Source: Nitrospinota bacterium (GTDB taxonomy: Bacteria; UBA8248). Taken from it: 20,993 bases of DNA. The stretch spans positions 1 through 20,993 of the forward strand of contig JAYGFR010000311.1 in NCBI GenBank assembly GCA_046581755.1, read 5' to 3'. The translations under genes and the position numbers were made by a program. Under the pieces are notes generated by a model. That model was not told where the DNA came from. It did no database searches and saw only the letters and a program-made list of their open reading frames with translations. This document shows, one piece after another, positions 1 to 8,350 of this stretch. Within the stretch, counting starts at the first letter, position 1. Every line of letters begins with the position of its first letter.

Positions 1-25
1 ATGAAACAGCGGCGGCCGCGAAAAA

Positions 26-1057
26 CTAATTCTCGTTTCTTCCGCCGGAACCGCCAATTCTCTTAAGAGCCGCCTTGGCGAGATCCGTATCGATGAGTTG
101 CTCGTAGGTGGGAATGCCCTTCTTGTACTTCCCCCGCTTCGCGTTGAAATCGTTCGTCCACTTGAACGAGGCACGCGGCAATCCGTTGTTGACTGCCCAG
201 ATTCGGGCCTTAACGAATTCGTCGTACGTCTGGCTCATGATGCCGGGGTGCTTTCTGTACACGCCTTTCGCCCATTTGCGCGCCGTCTTCAGGAAGCCCG
301 CCTTGTCCTTATAGATGGAGCGGTTGGACTGCATCATCGCCACCGCAAAGCGGGTGTAAACATCCCGTCTGCTCTGGAGCGCAGAATTACGCGCCATGAA
401 CACGCCATACATATACTTGGGGCGGTACTTCCAAAGGCTCGCCACCGAGGTCACGCCCGGGCGAAGCTTCTGAGCCAAAAGCACCTGCTCGACGTGGATG
501 AGAACGGCATCGGCTTTTTTATTCACCAAGAAGGGCACGCGGGCCGGAGGTGGCGTCTTGATGTACTTGACGTCATTGTCCGTCAGGCCGTTCGGGCCGA
601 GCACGGCGATGGCACCCGTGTGGCTGTAGCCGCCGCGGCCTTCGATGCCGATCGTCTTGCCCCTGAGACCCTTTGCATTTTTGATGCCTGGCGCAACCGC
701 CAACTGGGCTTCGAACAGGAAGGCCATGGAATGGAAAATCCTCTGGCCGTTTCCTTTCGAGATTCCGAGCATGGCAATTGGCGCAGGAACCCAGGACATA
801 TCCAGTCCGGTCTTTCCGCTCACCGCCGCCCGGTAAGTGGCGACGCCGCCACGAAAGAATTTCACCTTCACGTCCAACCCGTTGAGCTTGAAGATGCCGT
901 TGTCGATCGCATAGTACACCGGCAGGTGGACCAGGGGCGGAGGTTTGACCGGCATGCCCAGGACAATCTTTTCGAGAGCGTCCGCTGGAGCCGGAATGAA
1001 TCCGAAGACCACGGCCACAACGGCGATTGCGTAGAGCCAGTTTCTCAGTGATTTCAT
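26..1057 (-). CDS. ABC transporter substrate-binding protein, NitT/TauT (SsuA/THI5-like) family
   Basis: Start moved to ATG 1057 (MKSLRNWLY, upstream GAGGAG), followed by a signal peptide ending ADA. SsuA/NMT1-like segments PVYYAIDNGIFKLNGLDV and LRGKTIGI. Adjacent to a permease and an ATPase. Confidence 0.9.
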   Translation of the reverse strand: MKSLRNWLYAIAVVAVVFGFIPAPADALEKIVLGMPVKPPPLVHLPVYYAIDNGIFKLNGLDVKVKFFRGGVATYRAAVSGKTGLDMSWVPAPIAMLGISKGNGQRIFHSMAFLFEAQLAVAPGIKNAKGLRGKTIGIEGRGGYSHTGAIAVLGPNGLTDNDVKYIKTPPPARVPFLVNKKADAVLIHVEQVLLAQKLRPGVTSVASLWKYRPKYMYGVFMARNSALQSRRDVYTRFAVAMMQSNRSIYKDKAGFLKTARKWAKGVYRKHPGIMSQTYDEFVKARIWAVNNGLPRASFKWTNDFNAKRGKYKKGIPTYEQLIDTDLAKAALKRIGGSGGRNEN

Positions 1058-1122
1058 CTCGATTCTCTCCTCTTCAATGGAACCATAAAATTCTGTGGAA
1101 CCAGCCTCAAAACACGAACCCA

Positions 1123-1896
1123 TCAAGCCTCTCTTTGCATTCGCCACGAAGAGAAGCGGTATTCGGCAATACCGATCAGCTTCGTCAAAACGATGCCCAT
1201 AATCATCAAAAGAAGGACAGGCGCGAGGCCCTTATCCATCTCCAAATCGCCCATGTAATCCTGCTGAAGCGCCCCCAGCCCCGAGATGCTCATCAAGAAT
1301 TCGGCCACAACCATGCCCACCAAAGCGCGCCCGAATGAAAGGCCGAGGCCGGCCACAAGGTAGGGAATCATCGACGGGAAAATCAGGTCGCGCCACCGCT
1401 GCCACTCGTTCGAGCAGAAGGATTTCGTCACCTCCATCAGGAACGGGTCCACGTTTCGCACGCCGTGAAAGACGTTCACGATTACGGGCATGATGGCGAA
1501 GAAAACCACAATCACGGTTTTTCCGGCCACATCCACGCCAATCAGCATCGCGATGGGAAACGCAAGCGCCACGACCGGGGTCGCGTATAGCGCGTACACA
1601 TAGGTGTCGAGAAAATATTCGCACACCTTAAAACGGCCCATCAGGATTCCGATGATTATTCCAATGGGGATTGCAATGATGAGGCCGTATAAAAGAATTT
1701 CGAAACTCTCCTTGGCCGCCTTGATCATCTGTCCATTCAACAAAAGATCAACGAAAGCGATACTGATGTTGCTCGGATAGCTGAAATAGGCCGGCGAGAT
1801 ATAACCGGTCAGCCCCATGATCTCCCAAGTGCCGATGATGAGGAAGACGGACAGGACCCGGATATATACGCCCGGATCGGAGATCCATCCAAGCAT
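1123..1896 (-). CDS. ABC transporter permease, NitT/TauT family
   Basis: About 6 hydrophobic segments, an EAA-like loop (LMEVTKSFCSNE), and FPSMIPYL and GMVVAEF segments typical of SsuC/TauC. The start may extend to a CTG at 1962. Confidence 0.9.
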   Translation of the reverse strand: MLGWISDPGVYIRVLSVFLIIGTWEIMGLTGYISPAYFSYPSNISIAFVDLLLNGQMIKAAKESFEILLYGLIIAIPIGIIIGILMGRFKVCEYFLDTYVYALYATPVVALAFPIAMLIGVDVAGKTVIVVFFAIMPVIVNVFHGVRNVDPFLMEVTKSFCSNEWQRWRDLIFPSMIPYLVAGLGLSFGRALVGMVVAEFLMSISGLGALQQDYMGDLEMDKGLAPVLLLMIMGIVLTKLIGIAEYRFSSWRMQREA

Positions 1897-1958
1897 CGAG
1901 GATTCATCCTCCTCTGTCTTATGGGCCAGGGCGGCTTCGGGCGGCTTTACCTCGGTGC

Positions 1959-2825
1959 TCAGTTCACGCTCCCTTCCTTCGCCGCCGAGGGGACGAGCTC
2001 CGCCTCATCGGGCAAGGGGCCGGGCTCCAAGTCCGGGTTCCGGAGAAGCTCCCACAGGTAGTGGCGCAACTCCTGAAAGCGCCGGCTTCCGCGAATCTTC
2101 TCCAGATTCCGTCCCCGCCCGAATCCGGTTTCCATCTCAAAGCGGATCCGTCCGGGCCGGGGGGTCATCACCATCACCCGGTCGCCAATCAGGACGGCCT
2201 CGTCAATGCTGTGGGTGATGAAAACCATGGCCTTGGGTTCGGCCTCGTTGATTTTCAAAAGCTCCTCCTGAAGCTGCTCCCGCGTCAAGGCATCCAGCGC
2301 GCCAAAGGGCTCATCGAGCAGAAGAATGTCGGCCTGGGTCGCAAGCGCCCTGGCCAGGCCCGCTCGCTGCTGCATCCCACCCGAAAGCTCGGAAGGAAAA
2401 TTATCCTCGAATCCTTTCAGCCCGACAAGCTCCGTATAGTGACTGACGAGCTTATCAATCTCTTCTTTCGGCCGGCCCTGAATGTTCAGGCCGTAGCCAA
2501 TATTTTGATGGAGCCGCTTCCAGGGGAAAAGCCCGAAATGCTGAAACACCATGGCCATTTCGGGACGCGGCCCGGTGACCCGCTGGTTCTTGTAGAGAAC
2601 CTCCCCATCGTCGTGCGGAATCAGGCCGTTCAGGATTCTTAGAAGCGTGGTTTTCCCGCACCCGCTCGGACCCAGGATCGTGACGATCTCCTCTTGATGC
2701 ACCTCGATATCGATCGAATCGAGCACATGAAGTTCGCCATAGAATTTATGAACCGCGTCGAGGGTCAGCCAAACATCTCTTCCGTTGTTTAATTCGGTCA
2801 TTTGTCCAATCGTTCCTTTGCTCAA
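1959..2825 (-). CDS. ABC transporter ATP-binding protein, NitT/TauT family
   Basis: Walker A GPSGCGKT, signature LSGGMQQR, Walker B LLLDEPFGALD, H-loop FITHSIDEA. TTG start at 2825 or ATG at 2801. Confidence 0.95.
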   Translation of the reverse strand: MSKGTIGQMTELNNGRDVWLTLDAVHKFYGELHVLDSIDIEVHQEEIVTILGPSGCGKTTLLRILNGLIPHDDGEVLYKNQRVTGPRPEMAMVFQHFGLFPWKRLHQNIGYGLNIQGRPKEEIDKLVSHYTELVGLKGFEDNFPSELSGGMQQRAGLARALATQADILLLDEPFGALDALTREQLQEELLKINEAEPKAMVFITHSIDEAVLIGDRVMVMTPRPGRIRFEMETGFGRGRNLEKIRGSRRFQELRHYLWELLRNPDLEPGPLPDEAELVPSAAKEGSVN

Positions 2826-2950
2826 AAACCTTGCAGATCCGAGAAACGACTATCGAACATCCAGGCCCCGGGACCGAAGAGCGTCTCTTTTCCTCCGGGC
2901 GCCGCAGGCGAACTCCACCGATACACCCTATGAAATTGAAATATCCCAGG

Positions 2951-2978
2951 ATTGTACCTTATTTTCTGCACGAGCCAA
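2951..2978 (-). promoter_or_regulatory. Putative sigma70 promoter for the ATPase-permease-binding protein unit
   Basis: Minus strand reads TTGGCT-16 nt-TACAAT in an AT-rich intergenic patch. Confidence 0.5.
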
Positions 2979-3027
2979 AAGCAATACATTTCCCCAAAAA
3001 TCAGTCACTTCTCGTAAGGGCGGCCCG

Positions 3028-3843
3028 TTAGAAGCGATCCAGATCGCGGCCAGGAATCACCTTGCCCCCGTAGTATCTGGAAACCTCCTCCACCGCTAGT
3101 TCTTCCGCGGCATTGGGGGGTGTGAGATGAGACAGAATCACCATTCCCACCCCGGCATCCGCCGCCGTTCGCCCGATTTCCTCGGTCGTGGCGTGATGGG
3201 CCGCGATGATTTTCGCCATCTCGGGCGTTTGCCCGATTAGCTCGACAATCTGATCCGGCAGGCAGGGGTGCATCACGAGGATGTCCGCCCCCTTCGCGAA
3301 GGGGACCAGCTTTTCCGTGGGGCTGCCGTCGCTGGCAAGCAAAATCACGCGGGCGTCCGCCTCGAATCGGTAGGAAATAATGTCATCCACATTCCCGTGG
3401 CGGGTGCCCTTTTCGACGTTGATCTGGATGCCATCCACCTCGATGGATCCGCCCGGGGCGAGGGTCGTCACCTCTATCTCCAGCCCCCCGCGCGTCTTCC
3501 CCTCCTCCGCTCGGATTTCGATATCGTACTCGTAGTAGTGGAGCATCCGCTTGACGATCTCCTCGACCGGATCGGGTCCATACACGCGTAGGGGGGTCTG
3601 GGCCCCAAAGAGCCAGCGCGTGATATAAAAATCCGCGAATCCGGTGAAGTGATCCGAATGGAAATGCGTGAAAAACAGATGATCCACATCCTTGACCGGA
3701 AATCCCGCCGCCGCGATCTGGCGGCAAACATTTCTCCCGGCGTCCACCAGATAAAACCGGCCGTCCACCACGATGCCGTCCGCATGGCCGCTCCTGTCCG
3801 GAGAGGGCGGCGGCGAGCCCGTTCCCAGAAGAATGAGTTCCAT
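3028..3843 (-). CDS. MBL-fold metallo-hydrolase, RNase Z/AtsA-like family
   Basis: LLGTGSP N-terminus, LVDAG, THFHSDH (HxHxDH), late HHAT and ILSHL motifs. Confidence 0.9.
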   Translation of the reverse strand: MELILLGTGSPPPSPDRSGHADGIVVDGRFYLVDAGRNVCRQIAAAGFPVKDVDHLFFTHFHSDHFTGFADFYITRWLFGAQTPLRVYGPDPVEEIVKRMLHYYEYDIEIRAEEGKTRGGLEIEVTTLAPGGSIEVDGIQINVEKGTRHGNVDDIISYRFEADARVILLASDGSPTEKLVPFAKGADILVMHPCLPDQIVELIGQTPEMAKIIAAHHATTEEIGRTAADAGVGMVILSHLTPPNAAEELAVEEVSRYYGGKVIPGRDLDRF

Positions 3844-3918
3844 TCAGGGCTTCCCTTTCCGAATCAAGCGCCGTAGGCGCAACTCCGTATTCTCGGTGTT
3901 CCGATACCCATGCCCATC

Positions 3919-3949
3919 GACCCGCCGCACCCGGAGGTCGCAACGGGTC
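3919..3949 (-). other. GC-rich stem-loop immediately after the binding-protein gene (probable mRNA stabiliser or pause site)
   Basis: Minus strand GACCCGTTGC(G)ACC-TCCG-GGTGCGGCGGGTC. No U-tract follows it on that strand. Confidence 0.5.
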
Positions 3950-3956
3950 AAAAAGA

Positions 3957-4997
3957 CTATCTCTCCGAGGGCGACACTTCCCCCACTTTGGAGAGCGCCG
4001 TCCGGCCCACACCCGTTGCGATGAAGGAGTCCGTCGGGGGTATCGCCGTTTTGATTTTCTTCAGTTTTTTCAGGAATTGAGCGGTCCACTCAATCGTCTT
4101 TTTCGGCATGCCGTTATTTACCGCCCAGATTCGCTCTTTCACGAAATAGTCATAAGTTTTGCTGACCACTTCGAAATTTTTCTTGTAGACCGGACGCAAC
4201 CACTTTTTCGCGGTTTTGAGGAACCCCGACTTGTCTTTGTATATCGAGCGCGTCGCCTGCATCATGGCAACCGAAAAGCGGACGTAGGCGTCCTTGTTTT
4301 TTCCGATCTGAGAGGAACGGGCCATAAAGGCGCCGAAGAATTGATGAGGCCGCACCTTCCAGAGGCTGGCAAGCACTGTGACGCCCGGCCGTTTTTTCTG
4401 CGCCAAAAGAACCTGCTCCACATGGATGACGACCGCATCCACTTTCTTATTCAGAAGGAAAGGAATCCGCGCTGGGGGCGGCGTTTTCATGTATTTCACT
4501 TCATTATCCTTAACGCCGGCCGGCTCCAATATCGAGCGAATGGCGAGGTGGCTGAATCCTCCCCGGCCCTCGATACCAAGCGTCCGCCCTCTGAGCTTCT
4601 GCACCTTGTCGATGCCGGGGGCGGCGGCAATCTGGGCTTCTAACTTGTACGCCATGGAATGGAACAGCTTCAGGCCGCTTCCCTTGGTGATCCCCACCAT
4701 GGCGAGGGCCGCCGGCGCAACCGTGGCGTCCAGTTTGGAATTCGCGCTCGTGATGGCCCGGTGGGTGGCATTGCCCCCCCTGAAAAATTTCACCTCCACA
4801 TCGAGTCCGTTCTTCTTGAAAAAACCGTAATCCAAGGCGTAAAAGACCGGCAGGTGAACGACAATCGGGGGACGGACAGGCATCCCCACTACAAACTTTT
4901 TCGCGGCCATCGCCGGACTCGGCCCAAAGGTTTCGGCCATCCCCAAAGCCGAAAGGACGGTCACGAAAATACCCAAAGCTTTCAATCCATACCTCAT
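3957..4997 (-). CDS. ABC transporter substrate-binding protein, NitT/TauT family (paralog of 26..1057)
   Basis: Start moved to ATG 4997 (GGAGG RBS); signal peptide ending AMA. Aligns by eye end-to-end with the first binding protein (VHLPV, KFFRGG, FHSMA, GIEGRGG, KTPPPAR, IHVEQVLLAQK, RIWAVNNG). Confidence 0.9.
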   Translation of the reverse strand: MRYGLKALGIFVTVLSALGMAETFGPSPAMAAKKFVVGMPVRPPIVVHLPVFYALDYGFFKKNGLDVEVKFFRGGNATHRAITSANSKLDATVAPAALAMVGITKGSGLKLFHSMAYKLEAQIAAAPGIDKVQKLRGRTLGIEGRGGFSHLAIRSILEPAGVKDNEVKYMKTPPPARIPFLLNKKVDAVVIHVEQVLLAQKKRPGVTVLASLWKVRPHQFFGAFMARSSQIGKNKDAYVRFSVAMMQATRSIYKDKSGFLKTAKKWLRPVYKKNFEVVSKTYDYFVKERIWAVNNGMPKKTIEWTAQFLKKLKKIKTAIPPTDSFIATGVGRTALSKVGEVSPSER

Positions 4998-5220
4998 TTC
5001 AATTCCTCCCCTCAATCCAATCCGCATTTTAAATTCTCCCCTCGAAAATATACTCTAAATCGTTGATTCATCACTACATTTAACATAAGGGAGCCGCCAC
5101 CAGATGCGGCCAGCTCAGCCGAAGGCCTTGCTTCGTGACAATCCACTGGCACTCGAAAAGAGCGACTTCCCTTTGGCGTGTCCGGAGATTAAATTATTAT
5201 CATTCCAATTACAATATAGG

Positions 5221-5259
5221 TACCCAAATTTGGTATACATACAAAAAGGTGCGTATAAT
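5221..5259 (+). promoter_or_regulatory. Putative hxlR promoter overlapped by inverted repeats (candidate operator)
   Basis: TTGGTA(5230)-18 nt-TATAAT(5254). Palindrome TACC-n7-GGTA at 5221-5235 and imperfect inverted repeat TATACATAC-n6-GTGCGTATA at 5234-5257. Confidence 0.55.
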
Positions 5260-5315
5260 TTTTCCGCATCCGAAGTAAAGCCCGTTACTCAAAAAATATC
5301 AAAGGAATAACGACG

Positions 5316-5693
5316 ATGAGCTCATCTAATTCTGAAGTATTTTGCGTGGATTGCCCCGGCCGCAAAATTATGGCGCGCCTCTTGAGCAAGTGGAGTGGCT
5401 TGGTCGTCCGCTGCCTCGATTTCCGCACGATGCGGTACTCCGAGCTGAGGCGGTCCATCGGCGGCATCTCACAGAAGATGCTGACGCAAACCTTCCGCGA
5501 GTTGGAAGCCAACGGGCTCGTAGAGCGAACAGTTTACCCCATCGTTCCGCCGAAGGTGGAATACGCCCTCACCGGCCTCGGGCACTCGCTCGTGGGCCCT
5601 TTAACCGATCTGGGAAACTGGGTCGAATCCCACGCCGGAGAAATTGAGGCGGCGAACCTTCGTTACGCCGATGGAGCCCAAAAAAGCGCCTGA
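5316..5693 (+). CDS. HxlR (DUF24) family winged-helix transcriptional regulator
   Basis: DCP...LLSKW, GISQKMLTQTFRELEANGLVER, PPKVEYALT. Confidence 0.95.
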   Translation: MSSSNSEVFCVDCPGRKIMARLLSKWSGLVVRCLDFRTMRYSELRRSIGGISQKMLTQTFRELEANGLVERTVYPIVPPKVEYALTGLGHSLVGPLTDLGNWVESHAGEIEAANLRYADGAQKSA

Positions 5694-5710
5694 ATGGATT
5701 CACCCGCAAC

Positions 5711-6103
5711 CTATTCGTCTCCCACCACGGCGATGGCCTGAATCTCCACCATCATCTCGGGCTTGGCGAATCCCGCGACGGTGATGAGAGCGCTGCCCGG
5801 AAATCCATCCGGAAAATATGCCTTGCGGATTTCGACGAACTGCTCGCCGTGGCGCACGTCCAGGATAAACACGGTCATCGTCACGATGTCCTGGAGCTTC
5901 CCGCCGGCGCGCGCCAAGTTCTCGCCGATACCGGCGAATGAGGCATGAACCTGGGCCTCGAAATCCCCGGCCAGCGAATTTCCCTCTCCATCGCGCCACA
6001 TCCCCACCCCCGCGAGCCAGACGGTCCTTCCGCCGCGCGTAGCGACGGCTGGAGAAAACGATCGATCCTCCTGCCAGGTTCCCTTAAAATATTCCCTCGG
6101 CAT
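5711..6103 (-). CDS. Rid (YjgF/YER057c/UK114) family protein
   Basis: Start moved to ATG 6103 (AGGGGAG RBS). FSPAV, VWLAG, DIVTMTVFI and MVEIQAIA motifs. Confidence 0.9.
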   Translation of the reverse strand: MPREYFKGTWQEDRSFSPAVATRGGRTVWLAGVGMWRDGEGNSLAGDFEAQVHASFAGIGENLARAGGKLQDIVTMTVFILDVRHGEQFVEIRKAYFPDGFPGSALITVAGFAKPEMMVEIQAIAVVGDE

Positions 6104-6131
6104 CTCTCTCCCCTTTAAAATTCGCCTGCAT

Positions 6132-7346
6132 TTATCGGACACTTTGCTTGCCGGGCAGTTGTACCGCCACACCCATCGCCAACCATGTGACGATTCCGTA
6201 AAAATAAAAGCTCACGTCCAAATTATACTGCTCCGCCAGCCAGCCTCCGGCCAGGGGCGCCAGAAAATTCAACCCGTGCGCGGTGTAAATCACACCGATG
6301 GAGGAGGCCAGAACCTCGGGCTCGCAAAGATCCGCCGTCGCCGTGAGAATAATCGGACTCACGAAGGCGAAAACGCCCGTCATCATCGAAATCAGAATCA
6401 GCGCGCTCTCCCATGTGGCAAAGGGGATGGCGATAGTGAGAGCACCGGCTCCCAGCAGCGGAACCATCAACGCCGCCCGCGCCCCCCAGCGGGAGTAAAG
6501 ATATCCCATGAGCGGCTTCGAAACCGCACCGGCGCCAAAGTAAAGGGACACGGCTAGCCCGATGCTGGCCGTATCCATACCCAACTTCTTTGAAGCGATG
6601 AGGGGAAGGAATCCGATCATTCCCTTGGTGCCGATTCCTCGAAGGGTGTAGGTCAGCGCGAGGAGGATGACGTTCCGGTTCCGGAGTACGCGGCGAAGCA
6701 TGACAAGGATGCCTTGCCCTTGGCTCCGCGCCGCATCCCCAGTCGATTTTCCGTGAAAACGAATGCCCACCATCGGCAAAAGAGCCAGTGCCGGCAGTGC
6801 ACAGACGGCGACGGCGGTGCGCCAACTCGCCACGGCGGCGACCGCCGCCTGAATTAGGGGCAAAATGCTCGTGCCGATGTTCCCGCCCAGGCCGTGAAAG
6901 GAAATTGCAAACGAGCGGTGGACGGAGAAGCGCTCGGCAGTGAGTGCCGTCCCGCACGGGTGATAGGTTGAATTCCCCGCTCCGGCCAGGAACGAGAGGA
7001 TGAGCAAACCGGTGAAGCTTCGGGTCCCGCTCATCAGGATAAACGACACGGCGGCCAAGCCAAGGCCCGCGATGAGAATAAATTTCTTCCGGCCCGTGTA
7101 ATCGGCCAACATCGAAAGGGGATACAGAAAAAGAAATGTGGCCAGGCTGAAGGTGCTGAGTAAGGTCCCGGCCTGGAAGGTGGAAAGCCCCAAATCGGCC
7201 ACAATGAGCGCCAGGACCGGAACGAGCATGTGCGAAAACCCATCGCTCAACCCGTGCGTCGATCCGATGATCAGGAGGTCCGCATAATCCCGACGTCCCC
7301 AGGGAGGCCGCCCCGATATATTGGCGGCTCCGCGCCCGACCGTCAT
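6132..7346 (-). CDS. MFS transporter (Fsr-like)
   Basis: About 12 hydrophobic segments, motif A LADYTGRK, GNSTYHP and HGLGGNIG. ATGA overlap with the upstream gene. Confidence 0.9.
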   Translation of the reverse strand: MTVGRGAANISGRPPWGRRDYADLLIIGSTHGLSDGFSHMLVPVLALIVADLGLSTFQAGTLLSTFSLATFLFLYPLSMLADYTGRKKFILIAGLGLAAVSFILMSGTRSFTGLLILSFLAGAGNSTYHPCGTALTAERFSVHRSFAISFHGLGGNIGTSILPLIQAAVAAVASWRTAVAVCALPALALLPMVGIRFHGKSTGDAARSQGQGILVMLRRVLRNRNVILLALTYTLRGIGTKGMIGFLPLIASKKLGMDTASIGLAVSLYFGAGAVSKPLMGYLYSRWGARAALMVPLLGAGALTIAIPFATWESALILISMMTGVFAFVSPIILTATADLCEPEVLASSIGVIYTAHGLNFLAPLAGGWLAEQYNLDVSFYFYGIVTWLAMGVAVQLPGKQSVR

Positions 7347-8350
7347 CTCAAGTCACGCCACGCCGGAAGAAACCCCATCCCGTCCGCCTCGATGACGGCC
7401 CGGCAGATGGCGCGGCTCAAAGCCACCTGCGCCGCTGCGCCCACCGCATCGAGAGATTCCTCTTTTTCGCCGCAAGAAAGTGCGAAAACCACGTCCCCAT
7501 CGACCGTCGTATACGATGGCCGGACGGTCTGGATGAGGCCGTTCGCGGCCATCTGAGATAGTTTTTGGGTCTCCGGCTTGGACAGGGAGATATCGGTGGC
7601 GACGACCCCGAGCGTGGTGTTTTCCCCGGAACCGGAAAACCCCTCGAATGGGCGTCCGTGTGTGTAGAGATGGTGGGTCGAATCGACGATTCCCTCGCCA
7701 GGGGGCTCGGCGCGCGGGCCGGCCAACGCGGCGCCGGTGTCCGGATCGTGCACGCCACCATAGGCATTCACCACCGCGAGAGCGCCCACCACCCCGCCGC
7801 CCGGAAGGCGGACGCTGGCAGTCCCCGCCCCGCCTTTCATCGCCCGAGCGCGCCCGAGGAGTTTTCCGACCGTCGCGCCGCAACCCGCGCCGACGCTTCC
7901 CTGTGGACCTTCCCGGTCCAGAGCCGCCTCACACGCCGCCCGGCCCATGGCGGAACCGGGGCGAACGTCCCCGTTCCCGAAGGCGAGATCGAAGAGAACG
8001 GCCGCTGCCACGGTGGGAACCGTATAGCTGCCGACGGAAAATCCCCGCCCCTTCTCTTCAAGCCAGGACATCACGCCGTCCGCCGAGGCAAGCCCATAGG
8101 CGCTGCCGCCAGTCAGGACAACGGCATCCACGTTGCCGACAAGATGCTCAGGGCGCAGGGCATCGAGGCCTCGCGTGGCGGTCGCGGTCCCGCGAAGTTC
8201 GCAGGCGCCGGTCGTGCCGGGAGGACAGATCACGACACTGAGGCCGGTCAGAGCCTCCAGGTCCTGGATATGCCCGAGAAGGAATCCGGGAACATCGGTG
8301 ATACAGCCCGAAAGACCGGGTGGAATATCTCGCCTGGATGCGGAATCCAT
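7343..8350 (-). CDS. Peptidase family S58/P1 (DmpA-like Ntn hydrolase)
   Basis: ITDVPG, LTGGSAYGL, GSVGAGCGA, VVNAYG, autoprocessing ENTT motif, DGDVVFAL. TGATG overlap with the upstream stop. Confidence 0.92.
   Translation of the reverse strand: MDSASRRDIPPGLSGCITDVPGFLLGHIQDLEALTGLSVVICPPGTTGACELRGTATATRGLDALRPEHLVGNVDAVVLTGGSAYGLASADGVMSWLEEKGRGFSVGSYTVPTVAAAVLFDLAFGNGDVRPGSAMGRAACEAALDREGPQGSVGAGCGATVGKLLGRARAMKGGAGTASVRLPGGGVVGALAVVNAYGGVHDPDTGAALAGPRAEPPGEGIVDSTHHLYTHGRPFEGFSGSGENTTLGVVATDISLSKPETQKLSQMAANGLIQTVRPSYTTVDGDVVFALSCGEKEESLDAVGAAAQVALSRAICRAVIEADGMGFLPAWRDLR

Noticed and set aside
98..1051. 317-aa plus-strand ORF
   Set aside because: Antisense shadow of the binding-protein gene; no recognisable motifs.
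2826..2950. Possible riboswitch (e.g. TPP) in the leader of the ABC ATPase
   Set aside because: Some pairing potential, but no conserved riboswitch core was recognised.
3868..3880. GCGCC-GTA-GGCGC short palindrome as a REP or mobile end
   Set aside because: Single copy in the window; expected by chance at this GC content.
5080..5095. TTAAC-n6-GAGCC as a second GlnR box
   Set aside because: Poor b-site, single unit, no tandem partner.
5090..5210. Small ORF (5104..5310) or ncRNA between the binding-protein gene and hxlR
   Set aside because: The ORF runs through AT-rich promoter DNA with no homology cues; the short GC hairpins match no family I recognise.
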